Origin: an uncultured Candidatus Saccharibacteria bacterium
GTDB taxonomy: Bacteria > Patescibacteriota > Minisyncoccia > Phycocordibacterales > PALSA-1337
Assembly: GCA_964577365.1 (NCBI GenBank)
Contig: CAZNYP010000001.1
Location: forward strand, 50,025 to 109,832
Reading direction: 5' to 3'
Length of the DNA: 59,808 nucleotides
Positions 28,019 through 36,510 of the stretch are shown one piece after another. The first letter of the stretch is position 1; the number at the start of each line of letters is the position of its first letter. Under the pieces are notes generated by a model, which saw only the letters and a program-made list of their open reading frames with translations, was not told the DNA's origin and ran no database searches. The translations under genes and the position numbers were made by a program.

Positions 28019-28316
28019 CCGAATGGTTGTGTCGATCAGGCGACGGCCCGACCGAACATAAAGGTCTTCCGAGGATAGACCTTGTTGTACACGGTGATAC
28101 CGTGTGACCGGGGAAACACGAGCTCCTTTCTACTGAGGAGCATCCGACGCAGGCGCCGGAGAATCCCACCATGCCGGTGATTCCTTCGGCGGTACTCGAC
28201 GATCTGATAAACCAGGTCTCGATTCTCGAAGAACGGACGTCTTGGGCGCATTGCGCCGCCAGTTGGGAACGGCTCATATTCAAAAATACTCTATCTCTAC
28301 ACTACGATCTTGTCAA
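28019..28316 (-). other. G+C-rich promoter-to-terminator unit (~290 nt); coding frame ambiguous (71-aa ORF 28036-28251 or 92-aa ORF from ATG 28277), possibly a structured ncRNA
   Basis: TTGACA (28311-28316)-N17-TAGAGT (28288-28293). Both open minus-strand frames are compositionally odd, one Arg-rich and one Ser/Cys-rich. At least five local hairpins are present. Confidence 0.4.
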
Positions 28317-29364
28317 TCACCGCCCCTCCCACACATCTATCTCCATCATAAAACACAATAGACTGTCCCGGTGCGACGGTTTGGTTTTCAGAAAAAGTGA
28401 CCCTGTTCCCTTTTAACTCACACGAGACAAGTGGCTGACGATACCGCACACGCGCCATATAGGTACCATCCTTTTTTACATTTGAATCAGCGATGACGAT
28501 CTCCTTTCCATTTGCTTTTTGTTCTTCGAACGAGACAACGATGTCATTTCCCTTTTTTTCTTTTATAAAATATGGAGGATCATTTGGAGTTTTCTTTGTC
28601 ACCGTAAATCCATGTCGCTGCCCGATCGTGAGATATTCGATGCCGTCATGCGTACCGATCACTTCATCATCGCGTAGTACATTTCCAGGCGTAGGAGTAA
28701 TATAGTGTGAAAGAAAATCCTTTATATCGATTTTGCCAATGAAACATAGGCCCTGACTATCTTTTTTCTCGGCCACATAAAGCTTTGCCTTGCGAGCGAT
28801 CTCACGCACCTCTGATTTTAGAAGGTGGCCAATAGGAAACAGTATTTTAGAAAAATCGGAAATAGTCCAGAGGAAATATGTCTGGTCTTTGTTGTGATCT
28901 TTTGCCTTCCACATGTGTCCATCCTTGCTCTGTGCATAGTGTCCAGTCGCGACAAAGTCAGCACCGTGTTCGAGTGCCCATGTGTAAAATCCTCCGTACT
29001 TTACGTATTTGTTGCACATGACATCAGGGTTTGGAGTGCGACCCTTTTTGTATTCTGCGATCATGTAGTCAACGACCTCTTGTTTGTATTCTTTTTCGAG
29101 GTCGAGGGTGATAAAAGGGATGCCGAGCTGTGCAGCTACGCGCATCGCATCGAGACGATCCTCCTTCCAGTTGCATACGATCCAGTCGGGCTGCCACACT
29201 TTTATAAATACACCCGTCACGTCGTACCCGGCTTTTTTGAGCAGATATGCAGAGACAGAGCTGTCCACTCCGCCTGACATCCCCACATATACTTTACCCT
29301 CTGAGGTATTTTGAAATATTGACTTTATGTTCATCAAATGTCTTAGCGTAGTAGAATATACCAT
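28297..29364 (-). CDS. mnmA: tRNA-specific 2-thiouridylase
   Basis: VYVGMSGGVDSSVSAYLL PP-loop, ...CNKYVKYG..., and the catalytic Cys context GLCFIG. The start may be ATG 29334. Confidence 0.93.
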   Translation of the reverse strand: MVYSTTLRHLMNIKSIFQNTSEGKVYVGMSGGVDSSVSAYLLKKAGYDVTGVFIKVWQPDWIVCNWKEDRLDAMRVAAQLGIPFITLDLEKEYKQEVVDYMIAEYKKGRTPNPDVMCNKYVKYGGFYTWALEHGADFVATGHYAQSKDGHMWKAKDHNKDQTYFLWTISDFSKILFPIGHLLKSEVREIARKAKLYVAEKKDSQGLCFIGKIDIKDFLSHYITPTPGNVLRDDEVIGTHDGIEYLTIGQRHGFTVTKKTPNDPPYFIKEKKGNDIVVSFEEQKANGKEIVIADSNVKKDGTYMARVRYRQPLVSCELKGNRVTFSENQTVAPGQSIVFYDGDRCVGGAVIDKIVV

Positions 29365-30112
29365 TCTTTCCAGTGATATAGTAGAGGTACTCGTTTTTGG
29401 TCGGCTCCTGGGCTGCCTTTATCGATTCGAGTCCAGGATTCGTGATGGGTAGAGCCGGGAAACCTTTTGTCTTGTAGGTCTCCATCGCCACATCTACCTG
29501 GAGGAGCATGCCGATACTGAGTCGTCGCCACAGGATGTCCGCAATCATTTTTCGATCTGTAGCGCTTTTTCCCTCCTCCTCGACGATCGCTGCCATCTTT
29601 ATCATGTCTGGAGAAACCTTGCCCACCTTTCGCTCAAATGTACCTTTTAAAAGTGACGCTACCTTGTCCTCATCAAAGTTGATCGGAAAAAGATACGTGT
29701 CAGGAAAGAGATACCCCTGGTCTTTATTATATTTTTTCAAGAACTGTGGTGCATCAAAATTCTCGAGCTTGCCCCAGATAAATCCGGCGATCTGCTCATT
29801 GTTTGATCCCTCAGGTATGGTCACACGGACATACGGTACTTTGCCTTCACCAGTTTTGAGACGAGAGACGATACCAAATAGTCCTACTTTTTCATCGAGG
29901 AAATAACTGTTTGATTTTATATTTCGTGCAAAGAGTTTGAAAAGTGGAACCGATCTGATGACACCTTTTTGTTTTAGAAGGTTCCCGATTTCCCCAACGC
30001 TTTTATTTTTCTCTACCACCACAATGGTTTCAACAGGAAAATCCCGTGGTGGAAGAATGGCCACCGTAAAAGATACGAGCACAGCGATGATGGGGACTAA
30101 TATAAATTTCAT
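29294..30112 (-). CDS. mltG: endolytic murein transglycosylase MltG (YceG-like)
   Basis: N-terminal TM helix, ...GYLFPDTYLFP..., and ...ASIVEEE-type (here AAIVEEEGK) YceG motifs. Confidence 0.85.
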   Translation of the reverse strand: MKFILVPIIAVLVSFTVAILPPRDFPVETIVVVEKNKSVGEIGNLLKQKGVIRSVPLFKLFARNIKSNSYFLDEKVGLFGIVSRLKTGEGKVPYVRVTIPEGSNNEQIAGFIWGKLENFDAPQFLKKYNKDQGYLFPDTYLFPINFDEDKVASLLKGTFERKVGKVSPDMIKMAAIVEEEGKSATDRKMIADILWRRLSIGMLLQVDVAMETYKTKGFPALPITNPGLESIKAAQEPTKNEYLYYITGKNGIFYYAKTFDEHKVNISKYLRG

Positions 30113-31350
30113 TATAGTGGAAGATTTGCTGGAGCTTCGCTTTTCTTTGACAGTATTCGGTTGAACGCTGGAGCCGCAGCCACCTGACCTGGGAAGTGAT
30201 AAATCGTTGCGAGCTCTTCGCTACTCATATGAATTGACTCTCCTTTTATTGGTCCGTAGAAAAACGAGCGACGCTTGTAGGCTTCGAGTGCCTCTTCCAT
30301 ATCACCATTCTGGCGTCTATTTTGAAAATCCTGCCATGGGTAGCTGAAACGAGGACTGTAAAACTTGCTATTTGGTTTGAAGCCGTTGAGTGTCTCTGAT
30401 GCATACTGCTTCCAGCTTCCAGTCATCCCCGAAATATTTGCTGGGTCATAAAATTCTTTTTTTCCAAAATAGATGATACGGATACCTACCTCGAACTGAA
30501 GCTTTGTGAGATTGCGCTCGATCGCAGATATGGTCTCGGTCTCACCTTTTGTCAGGACCACTTTTGCTCCATCCTCTCCTCCAGCGACGAATTTTGTTTT
30601 TGGATCACGCTTCATGAGATCATTGATGATTTCCTTTGCTGATTCTTTGTATGGATCATAATTTGTCTTGAAAAGTGTTCCTGGTTTTACCTGATCACCT
30701 TTGTGTGCACGGACAATGATCTGGAACCACGCCTGCTGGTTTGCACCGATAGAGCCCAAAAATTCGATAACCGGAGCGATCGGATCGACTTTGAATTCTT
30801 CTTTTGGATCTTTGTCGAGACCATAGTCGACATATGTTTTGATCGGATAGGCATCGTCTTTTGTAAACTGCAGGTTTGCCGCCCACATTTTCATCGTCTT
30901 TGGATCAAATGCAACAGGCAATGAATAGTCGGGTACCTCATGTACCTCGATACCGGGAAACTGAGCATAGAGTGATGATTCGATGAACTTTTGCATTCCC
31001 TTTCGAGTCCATATATAAAAGCCCACCTTGCCCTCGATAGAGGCCATTTCGAGTGAAAACCAAGGGCGAGTCTTTCCCAACCAATATTTATCATACCAGG
31101 TGCCTTCACCACCCGTCTGATGTAGTGTCGTCAAAAAGAGCTCCATGGCTACAGGAGATTTCATCAGTTCTTTTGGTAGTTTTATTTGGAGAAGGCGAAC
31201 TTCTTGTTTAAAGAAAAATTGAGCTCGGACATATGTCACCCAGATCTCCCAAAACAAAATGACGAGGATAAACGGCATCCAGATCGGGGCCAGTTTTGCC
31301 ATATAGAAAACGACAGTAGGAAGTGCAGTGGTGATAAATGCATCAAACAT
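30112..31350 (-). CDS. hypothetical membrane protein (412 aa)
   Basis: Two N-terminal TM helices, then a soluble domain (LLQIKLPKEL.KSPVAMELF...FSLEMASIEGKVGFYIW...YAQFPGIEVHEVPDY...EELATIYHFPG). TATAAT lies 6 nt upstream of the ATG. I cannot name a family with confidence. Confidence 0.6.
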   Translation of the reverse strand: MFDAFITTALPTVVFYMAKLAPIWMPFILVILFWEIWVTYVRAQFFFKQEVRLLQIKLPKELMKSPVAMELFLTTLHQTGGEGTWYDKYWLGKTRPWFSLEMASIEGKVGFYIWTRKGMQKFIESSLYAQFPGIEVHEVPDYSLPVAFDPKTMKMWAANLQFTKDDAYPIKTYVDYGLDKDPKEEFKVDPIAPVIEFLGSIGANQQAWFQIIVRAHKGDQVKPGTLFKTNYDPYKESAKEIINDLMKRDPKTKFVAGGEDGAKVVLTKGETETISAIERNLTKLQFEVGIRIIYFGKKEFYDPANISGMTGSWKQYASETLNGFKPNSKFYSPRFSYPWQDFQNRRQNGDMEEALEAYKRRSFFYGPIKGESIHMSSEELATIYHFPGQVAAAPAFNRILSKKSEAPANLPL

Positions 31351-31367
31351 GCATTTATTATACCCTA

Positions 31368-32399
31368 TTATTCTGCGACAGAATACTTGCCCTCAGAGTC
31401 TTTTTTGAAATACTTCTGGTTCTGTAGATTTACCATGATCGTATTTTCCTTTACATATCGCTCTTTGAGTACTTTTTCGATAATCTGCTCTTTTGTGAGT
31501 GGACCGTTTTTGATGACGATCTCGCGGATCACATCGCGCACTACACCGCTTGCATATCCCCATTCCTTGAGTGCATAGAGACCACGGCCAACGAGTACAA
31601 ATCGTGGATCCTTGATGAGCTCGTTGTGAGTTGTTGCAACGTGTGCTTTCTTTTTGAAAATCTTTTCGATATTTTTTGCTACCTCACGGAAGTGGATCGG
31701 AGAACCGTGCTTGCGGATGACGAGGAATGCATAGTCACGCATACCCTTTGTCTTGATATTTGAAGAAGTAGATACTCCCCATTCACCGAGTGCGTTTTTA
31801 CCAATCTTTTTTGAGATGGTGAGCCATCGCTTGAGGATTTCCTGATTTTTGTATTTTTCTGACACGTCTTCGAGGTGCTCGAGGAAAGACTGAATCATCT
31901 CTGATTCCTGGAGGAGATCATTGTCGCCGAGGTTTTCGTAGAGCTTGTGGAGTGAATCCTCTACTTTTTGTGCGAGCTCGTCACTCACATGCCATCGGTG
32001 TGCAAAATGATCGTCTTCTTTTCGGCGTTTGAATGATTCGTGGAGGGTGAGGAGAAAGTTGATGTGGTTCTGGATAGATACGTCTTTTGACATATGACTG
32101 AGGAAGTCTTCTTCGAGGACGATGCCACCGAGCGCGTGGAGCTGCTCTTCGATATGAGCAAAGGTCGCTTTTTCAGTCTTGTATCCTTCTGACTTTCGAA
32201 TATTTACGAGCGCATAGTTTTCGATCTGTCGAACACGCTCACGAGTGATACCATAGATCTTTCCGATCGAGTCGAGGGTCATACGAGTCGTATTTTTACC
32301 AAGTCCGTATCGCTGAATGATCACATCACGCGCACGTTCAGGAAGCACCGCGAGGAGCTTCTTGACTGTCTGTTTTGGTTTAAAATCTATTGGTGCCAT
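31368..32399 (-). CDS. DNA-binding protein with N-terminal sigma70 region-4-like HTH and C-terminal HARE-HTH-like domain
   Basis: The N-terminus RARDVIIQRYGLG...TLDSIGKIYGITRERVRQIENYAL resembles region 4.2. The C-terminus RDYAFLVIRKHGSPIHFREVAKNI...DPRFVLVGRGLYALKEWGY is HARE-HTH-like. No region 2 is present. Confidence 0.68.
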   Translation of the reverse strand: MAPIDFKPKQTVKKLLAVLPERARDVIIQRYGLGKNTTRMTLDSIGKIYGITRERVRQIENYALVNIRKSEGYKTEKATFAHIEEQLHALGGIVLEEDFLSHMSKDVSIQNHINFLLTLHESFKRRKEDDHFAHRWHVSDELAQKVEDSLHKLYENLGDNDLLQESEMIQSFLEHLEDVSEKYKNQEILKRWLTISKKIGKNALGEWGVSTSSNIKTKGMRDYAFLVIRKHGSPIHFREVAKNIEKIFKKKAHVATTHNELIKDPRFVLVGRGLYALKEWGYASGVVRDVIREIVIKNGPLTKEQIIEKVLKERYVKENTIMVNLQNQKYFKKDSEGKYSVAE

Positions 32400-32446
32400 A
32401 TGTGTTTTATAGGTGTTATAGTTGTATCATATATCGTGTATAGGTG

Positions 32447-35167
32447 TCAAGTAACCACAATATTGATGAGTTTATCCGGGATAAAAATGACCTTTTTCGC
32501 CTGATCTACCTTTACAAAGTCCAATGCTTTTTTCTCTAACTCCTCCCTGCTCTCGCCACCACTCACTTCGATCACTCCCTTTGTCTTTCCATTGAGCTGA
32601 ATAACTATTTTCTTTACATCAGCCTGGATTTTCCCTTCGTCTGCGGTGGGCCACTCTGATATATGGATACTCTCCTTTTTACCGATTTTTGTCCAGATCT
32701 CGTCTGCGATATGTGGTGCAAATGGAGCTACGAGCTGCACAAACTGTTCATACACCGATTTTGGAATGACCATTTCTTTTTCAAATTCATTGAGCGCGAT
32801 CATTAGGCTGCTCACTGCTGTGTTGAACCGCATGAGTGAAATGTCTTCGGTCACTTTTTTTATCGTCTTATGCAGCACAGAATCAATGTGTCGTGATGGT
32901 GTATCGAGACCGACTTTTTCTTTGAGCTTCCAGACACGCTCGATAAATCGGCGTGAACCGATGATGCTCGATGTATCCCATTTTATCTGCTGATCAAATG
33001 GACCGAGGAACATTTCGTATACTCGTAGTGTATCAGCACCGTATTTTGCAACGATATCATCTGGGTTCACTACATTTCCGTATCGCTTTGACATCTTGCG
33101 ACCGTCCTCTGCCATGATGAGACCTACATGCTGTAGTTTTTTAAATGGTTCGAGTGTCGAGACTGCTCCGATATCGTATAGGAATTTGTGCCAAAAACGG
33201 GCATAGATGAGGTGTCGGGTCGCATGTTCGGCTCCACCTACGTAGAGGTCTACCTGATTCCAGTATTTTTCTTTTTCCTTGTCTACCAGTGCCTTTTTAT
33301 TGTCCGGATCCATATAGCGGAGGTAGTACCACGAAGAACCTGCCCACTGGGGCATGGTATTGCTCTCGCGGGTATATTTTTCTTTACCGATTTTGACGTT
33401 CATCCACTTTTTTATACCTGCAAGCGGAGATTCACCGGTACCAGTCGGCTCGTATGATTTTACTTTTGGCAGTTCTACCGGAAGTTCTTTTTCTGAAACA
33501 GGAATTACCCCTTTTTCTCCATGCAGCACAGGGATAGGCTCTCCCCAATATCGCTGTCGTGAAAACACCCAGTCACGGAGCTTGTATTTTGTGATCCATT
33601 TTCCATTTACATGCTCTGCGATCTTCTTTTTGACTGTCTCCGAATTTTTCCCAGAAAATTCTCCAGAATTGTACAGCTCGCCACTGCCAGTATATGCATG
33701 CTCTTTTTTCAAAAACTTGCTAAACACCCATGGAAGCTCTGCGCCAGCTACTTCTTTTTCGAGGTTGTCACGATGAACCCAGACATTGTCATGGAGCTTT
33801 GTATCTTCAACACTTTTCTCTGTCTTTATCTCATCTCTTAATTTAAATAAAAGTGTACGAACGGTCGCAAATCGATTTTCATTTTTGTGCTGCGCAAAAT
33901 ACTCTGCATGCACCACTCCAGCTACCTCACCGACATAGTCAATATTGCTGTATCCCGTCTCTTCGGATATTTCACGCTGGGCGGATACAACTGGGTTTTC
34001 ACCCTCATCTACACCACCAGTTACGAGAAAAGTTCGCCCACCATAGTATTCTGGTTTCCATTTCACACATAAAAATAGATTCGGATCGGTTGGATGCTCA
34101 ACGATGCAGCGTACGTTATTTCTTTTTACTGTCTTCTTTCCTTTTACAGGTAGATTTTCCTTATCGATAAAATGAGGGATGATCACTTCTACACTCTTTA
34201 TATTGTGCTTTTTTGCAAATTCAAAGTCCCGTTCATCGTGTGCAGGCACGCCCATCACTGCCCCAGTTCCATAATCACTGAGAACGTAGTCAGCGACAAA
34301 TACAGGGATCTCCTCACCATTTGCCGGATTGATTGCGACTAGTTTTTTCTTTTTTGCGAGTGCATGTGACTCGGAAATAGCCAAATACGTCACACCATAT
34401 ATCGTGTCAGGGCGTGTGGTAAATATTTTTATTTTCTCTTTTGATCCTTTTACTGCAAAATCGATCTCAGCTCCCTCACTCTTTCCGATCCAGTTTTTCT
34501 GGCTTTCGACGATAGAGGACGGCCAATCGACATAGTCGAGGTCAGAGAGAAGTCGCTCTGCATAATCAGTGATACGGAGCACCCACTGGCGCATCGGCTT
34601 TTTTTCTACGAGTGTCCCACAGCGTTCACATTTTCCATCCTCGACGTCCTCGTTTGCGAGACCCGTTTTATCGAACGGACACCAGTTGATCGGTTCGTAT
34701 GATTCGTACGCCAACCCTTTTTCCAAAAGCTTGAGGAAAATCCACTGCGTCCACTTGTAGTATTTCGGATCTGTCGTGTTGATCTCTCGATCCCAGTCAT
34801 AGTCAAATCCGAGGATCTCGAGTTGCTTTTTATAGCGCGCTACATTTTTCTTTACCGCATCCACTGGGTTCGTCTTTGTCTTTATCGCATAGTTTTCAGC
34901 CGGCAATCCAAATGCATCAAACCCCATCGGGTGAAGCACATTGAACCCTTGCATGCGCTTCATGCGCGATACGACGTCTGTCGCGATATAGCCTTTTGGA
35001 TGACCGACGTGTAGTCCTTCTCCAGAGGGATACGGGAACATGTCGAGAATATAAAATTTGGGAGCATTAGATGCGTCTTTTGTACGATATATATTTTTCT
35101 TGGCCCATTCCTTTTGCCATTTTTGTTCGATATATGAGTGATCGTACGCCCTTGGGTCAGGTTTCAT
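32447..35167 (-). CDS. leuS: leucine--tRNA ligase carrying an inserted Nudix domain
   Basis: HVGHPKGY (HIGH-type), KMSKRYGN (KMSKS), and editing motifs TTRPDT and GTGAVMGVPAHDERD. The start is set at ATG 35167, with TGgTATTTT 6 nt upstream. An insert of about 150 aa contains a perfect Nudix box. Confidence 0.95.
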   Translation of the reverse strand: MKPDPRAYDHSYIEQKWQKEWAKKNIYRTKDASNAPKFYILDMFPYPSGEGLHVGHPKGYIATDVVSRMKRMQGFNVLHPMGFDAFGLPAENYAIKTKTNPVDAVKKNVARYKKQLEILGFDYDWDREINTTDPKYYKWTQWIFLKLLEKGLAYESYEPINWCPFDKTGLANEDVEDGKCERCGTLVEKKPMRQWVLRITDYAERLLSDLDYVDWPSSIVESQKNWIGKSEGAEIDFAVKGSKEKIKIFTTRPDTIYGVTYLAISESHALAKKKKLVAINPANGEEIPVFVADYVLSDYGTGAVMGVPAHDERDFEFAKKHNIKSVEVIIPHFIDKENLPVKGKKTVKRNNVRCIVEHPTDPNLFLCVKWKPEYYGGRTFLVTGGVDEGENPVVSAQREISEETGYSNIDYVGEVAGVVHAEYFAQHKNENRFATVRTLLFKLRDEIKTEKSVEDTKLHDNVWVHRDNLEKEVAGAELPWVFSKFLKKEHAYTGSGELYNSGEFSGKNSETVKKKIAEHVNGKWITKYKLRDWVFSRQRYWGEPIPVLHGEKGVIPVSEKELPVELPKVKSYEPTGTGESPLAGIKKWMNVKIGKEKYTRESNTMPQWAGSSWYYLRYMDPDNKKALVDKEKEKYWNQVDLYVGGAEHATRHLIYARFWHKFLYDIGAVSTLEPFKKLQHVGLIMAEDGRKMSKRYGNVVNPDDIVAKYGADTLRVYEMFLGPFDQQIKWDTSSIIGSRRFIERVWKLKEKVGLDTPSRHIDSVLHKTIKKVTEDISLMRFNTAVSSLMIALNEFEKEMVIPKSVYEQFVQLVAPFAPHIADEIWTKIGKKESIHISEWPTADEGKIQADVKKIVIQLNGKTKGVIEVSGGESREELEKKALDFVKVDQAKKVIFIPDKLINIVVT

Positions 35168-35197
35168 AATATTAAAATACCACAAATCGAAAATTAT

Positions 35198-35241
35198 GTA
35201 AAAGAAAACCCACCGGCCACGCGTTGCAGTGTGGGGGTGGG
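35198..35241 (-). terminator. imperfect GC-rich hairpin with U-tract ending the small-membrane-protein operon just upstream of leuS
   Basis: cccacc...ggtggg outer stem with internal pairing. On the minus strand it is followed by ttttctttt. Confidence 0.5.
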
Positions 35242-35418
35242 TCGATTTCTTCGGAGGGGGTATCCAGTCTTGGCCCTTCGTCCGGTATACCGTGGTGATG
35301 ACAACACCGCTGCCCGCAGGAAACGGTGGTGTCGCCTCGGTTATGGCGAACGTGAGGATGAGGTGTAGGATCCCCCAGATAAGCAGGAGCTTGATCATGG
35401 GATGAAGAACGTGCTGCT

Positions 35419-35562
35419 CTACCAGGGCGAGTAGGAAATGGAGTGGAGTGCGCCCATGATCCAATCGCCGATGATGTAGATGCCGGATGCAATCGCGAGG
35501 ATGATGATCCCCGCCAACACGATGCTTGCCGGCTTTACGGTGGTGTTAGCTCTGTGGCTCAT
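35419..35562 (-). CDS. small membrane protein (47 aa, 1 TM)
   Basis: Hand translation gives MSHRANTTVKPASIVLAGIIILAIASGIYIIGDWIMGALHSISYSPW. It lies 14 nt after the previous stop. Confidence 0.45.
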   Translation of the reverse strand: MSHRANTTVKPASIVLAGIIILAIASGIYIIGDWIMGALHSISYSPW

Positions 35563-35576
35563 ACGGTTGAGGTTGT

Positions 35577-35714
35577 TTACTTGATGTACTTGACCCAGGT
35601 TGGAAGTGGTTTGTGCAAAAAGTCATAGGATGCCATCATCATGGCTCCACAAAGAGTCAGGAGGCACATGACTGCAAGGAACAGCATCCCTGCTGTGCTT
35701 GTGTTAAATTTCAT
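35577..35714 (-). CDS. small membrane protein (45 aa, 1 TM)
   Basis: MKFNTSTAGMLFLAVMCLLTLCGAMMMASYDFLHKPLPTWVKYIK, from an internal ATG of the 76-aa track ORF. Confidence 0.45.
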   Translation of the reverse strand: MKFNTSTAGMLFLAVMCLLTLCGAMMMASYDFLHKPLPTWVKYIK

Positions 35715-35727
35715 GCCGATGTATACG

Positions 35728-36000
35728 TTACCACATATCATTATGTGTGTAAATAGCAAACCCGCCAACAATGGCGGGCGCGTGCACAGGGTAGCATGCG
35801 AGTGCAACCCAGTAGAGGATGACTAGAACCATCCCGAAAAGTGCGGCGTACAGGCCGGACTTGATGACCCAGTGATCCCTCTCATACCCATCGAGGCGAG
35901 GAAAGGTCGAGAGTACTGCGCCGAAGAGGAGGAGAACTCCGCCCGTAATCCCGACATACGGGACCTGGAGGAGTGTGATGATGAGCTGAAAGAGTTTCAT
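35728..36000 (-). CDS. small membrane protein (90 aa, ~3 TM)
   Basis: MKLFQLIITLLQVPYVGITGGVLLLFGAVL... The start codon overlaps the upstream stop as ATGA. Confidence 0.6.
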   Translation of the reverse strand: MKLFQLIITLLQVPYVGITGGVLLLFGAVLSTFPRLDGYERDHWVIKSGLYAALFGMVLVILYWVALACYPVHAPAIVGGFAIYTHNDMW

Positions 36001-36290
36001 GCTTCCCACCTCACTCCCCTCATCGCAAGGCCGGCAGCGATGGTACCGCAGACGAATGCGAGCAGTACAGCAGACATGCCCCGATGGTTCAATGCACCAT
36101 CTTCTGCGACGGCAAAGGTGACGGCTGCTGTGATCACGAAGCCGACAGTGAGCGCAGTGAGCACCCTGAGTGTGTTTGGGTTCCGCGTGATACTTTCGAG
36201 CGGACCGAAGTGGTCCCAAAACAGGAAGAAAAATAGTGCGATCAGCTGAGAACCGAGAACAATGATGAGATGAAACGTAGTGATGCTCAT
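35997..36290 (-). CDS. small membrane protein (97 aa, ~3 TM)
   Basis: MSITTFHLIIVLGSQLIALFFFLFWDHF... The start overlaps the upstream stop as ATGA. Confidence 0.6.
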   Translation of the reverse strand: MSITTFHLIIVLGSQLIALFFFLFWDHFGPLESITRNPNTLRVLTALTVGFVITAAVTFAVAEDGALNHRGMSAVLLAFVCGTIAAGLAMRGVRWEA

Positions 36291-36487
36291 ACGATTTTCT
36301 TTTTGATGTAGTTCACACCGTGACCGAGCCAAAAGCAGGCCACGACGACGGCGAGGAAGAGACAGACGGGCACACTCACGAGTGGCCGTATAGAGCTCCT
36401 CCACCACTCTTCTTCTGGGTCAGAGAACCAGAGAATGCAGAGAAAGTAGAAAGGCAAAAGCCCCACCAAGAGTTTTAGAAGAGCCAT
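36287..36487 (-). CDS. small membrane protein (66 aa, 2 TM)
   Basis: MALLKLLVGLLPFYFLCILWFSDPEEEWW...VPVCLFLAVVVACFWLG... A possible promoter TTGCTC-N17-TATGTT lies 9 nt upstream. Confidence 0.55.
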   Translation of the reverse strand: MALLKLLVGLLPFYFLCILWFSDPEEEWWRSSIRPLVSVPVCLFLAVVVACFWLGHGVNYIKKKIV

Positions 36488-36510
36488 ATACCCATAAACA
36501 TACACCCGAC

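Noticed and set aside
27999-28283. The Ser/Cys/Thr-rich 92-94-aa frame as a lanthipeptide or RiPP precursor.
   Set aside because: No modification enzyme, transporter or protease gene lies nearby. The composition is equally explained as an off-frame or non-coding G+C-rich sequence, so it is kept only as an ambiguous-frame or ncRNA candidate.
35872-36249. The 125-aa plus-strand ORF and the long minus-strand extensions (163 aa and 136 aa) in the small-membrane-protein island.
   Set aside because: Their Arg/Cys-rich or acidic low-complexity reads are typical of off-frame G+C-rich DNA. The ATGA-coupled hydrophobic frames explain the region better.
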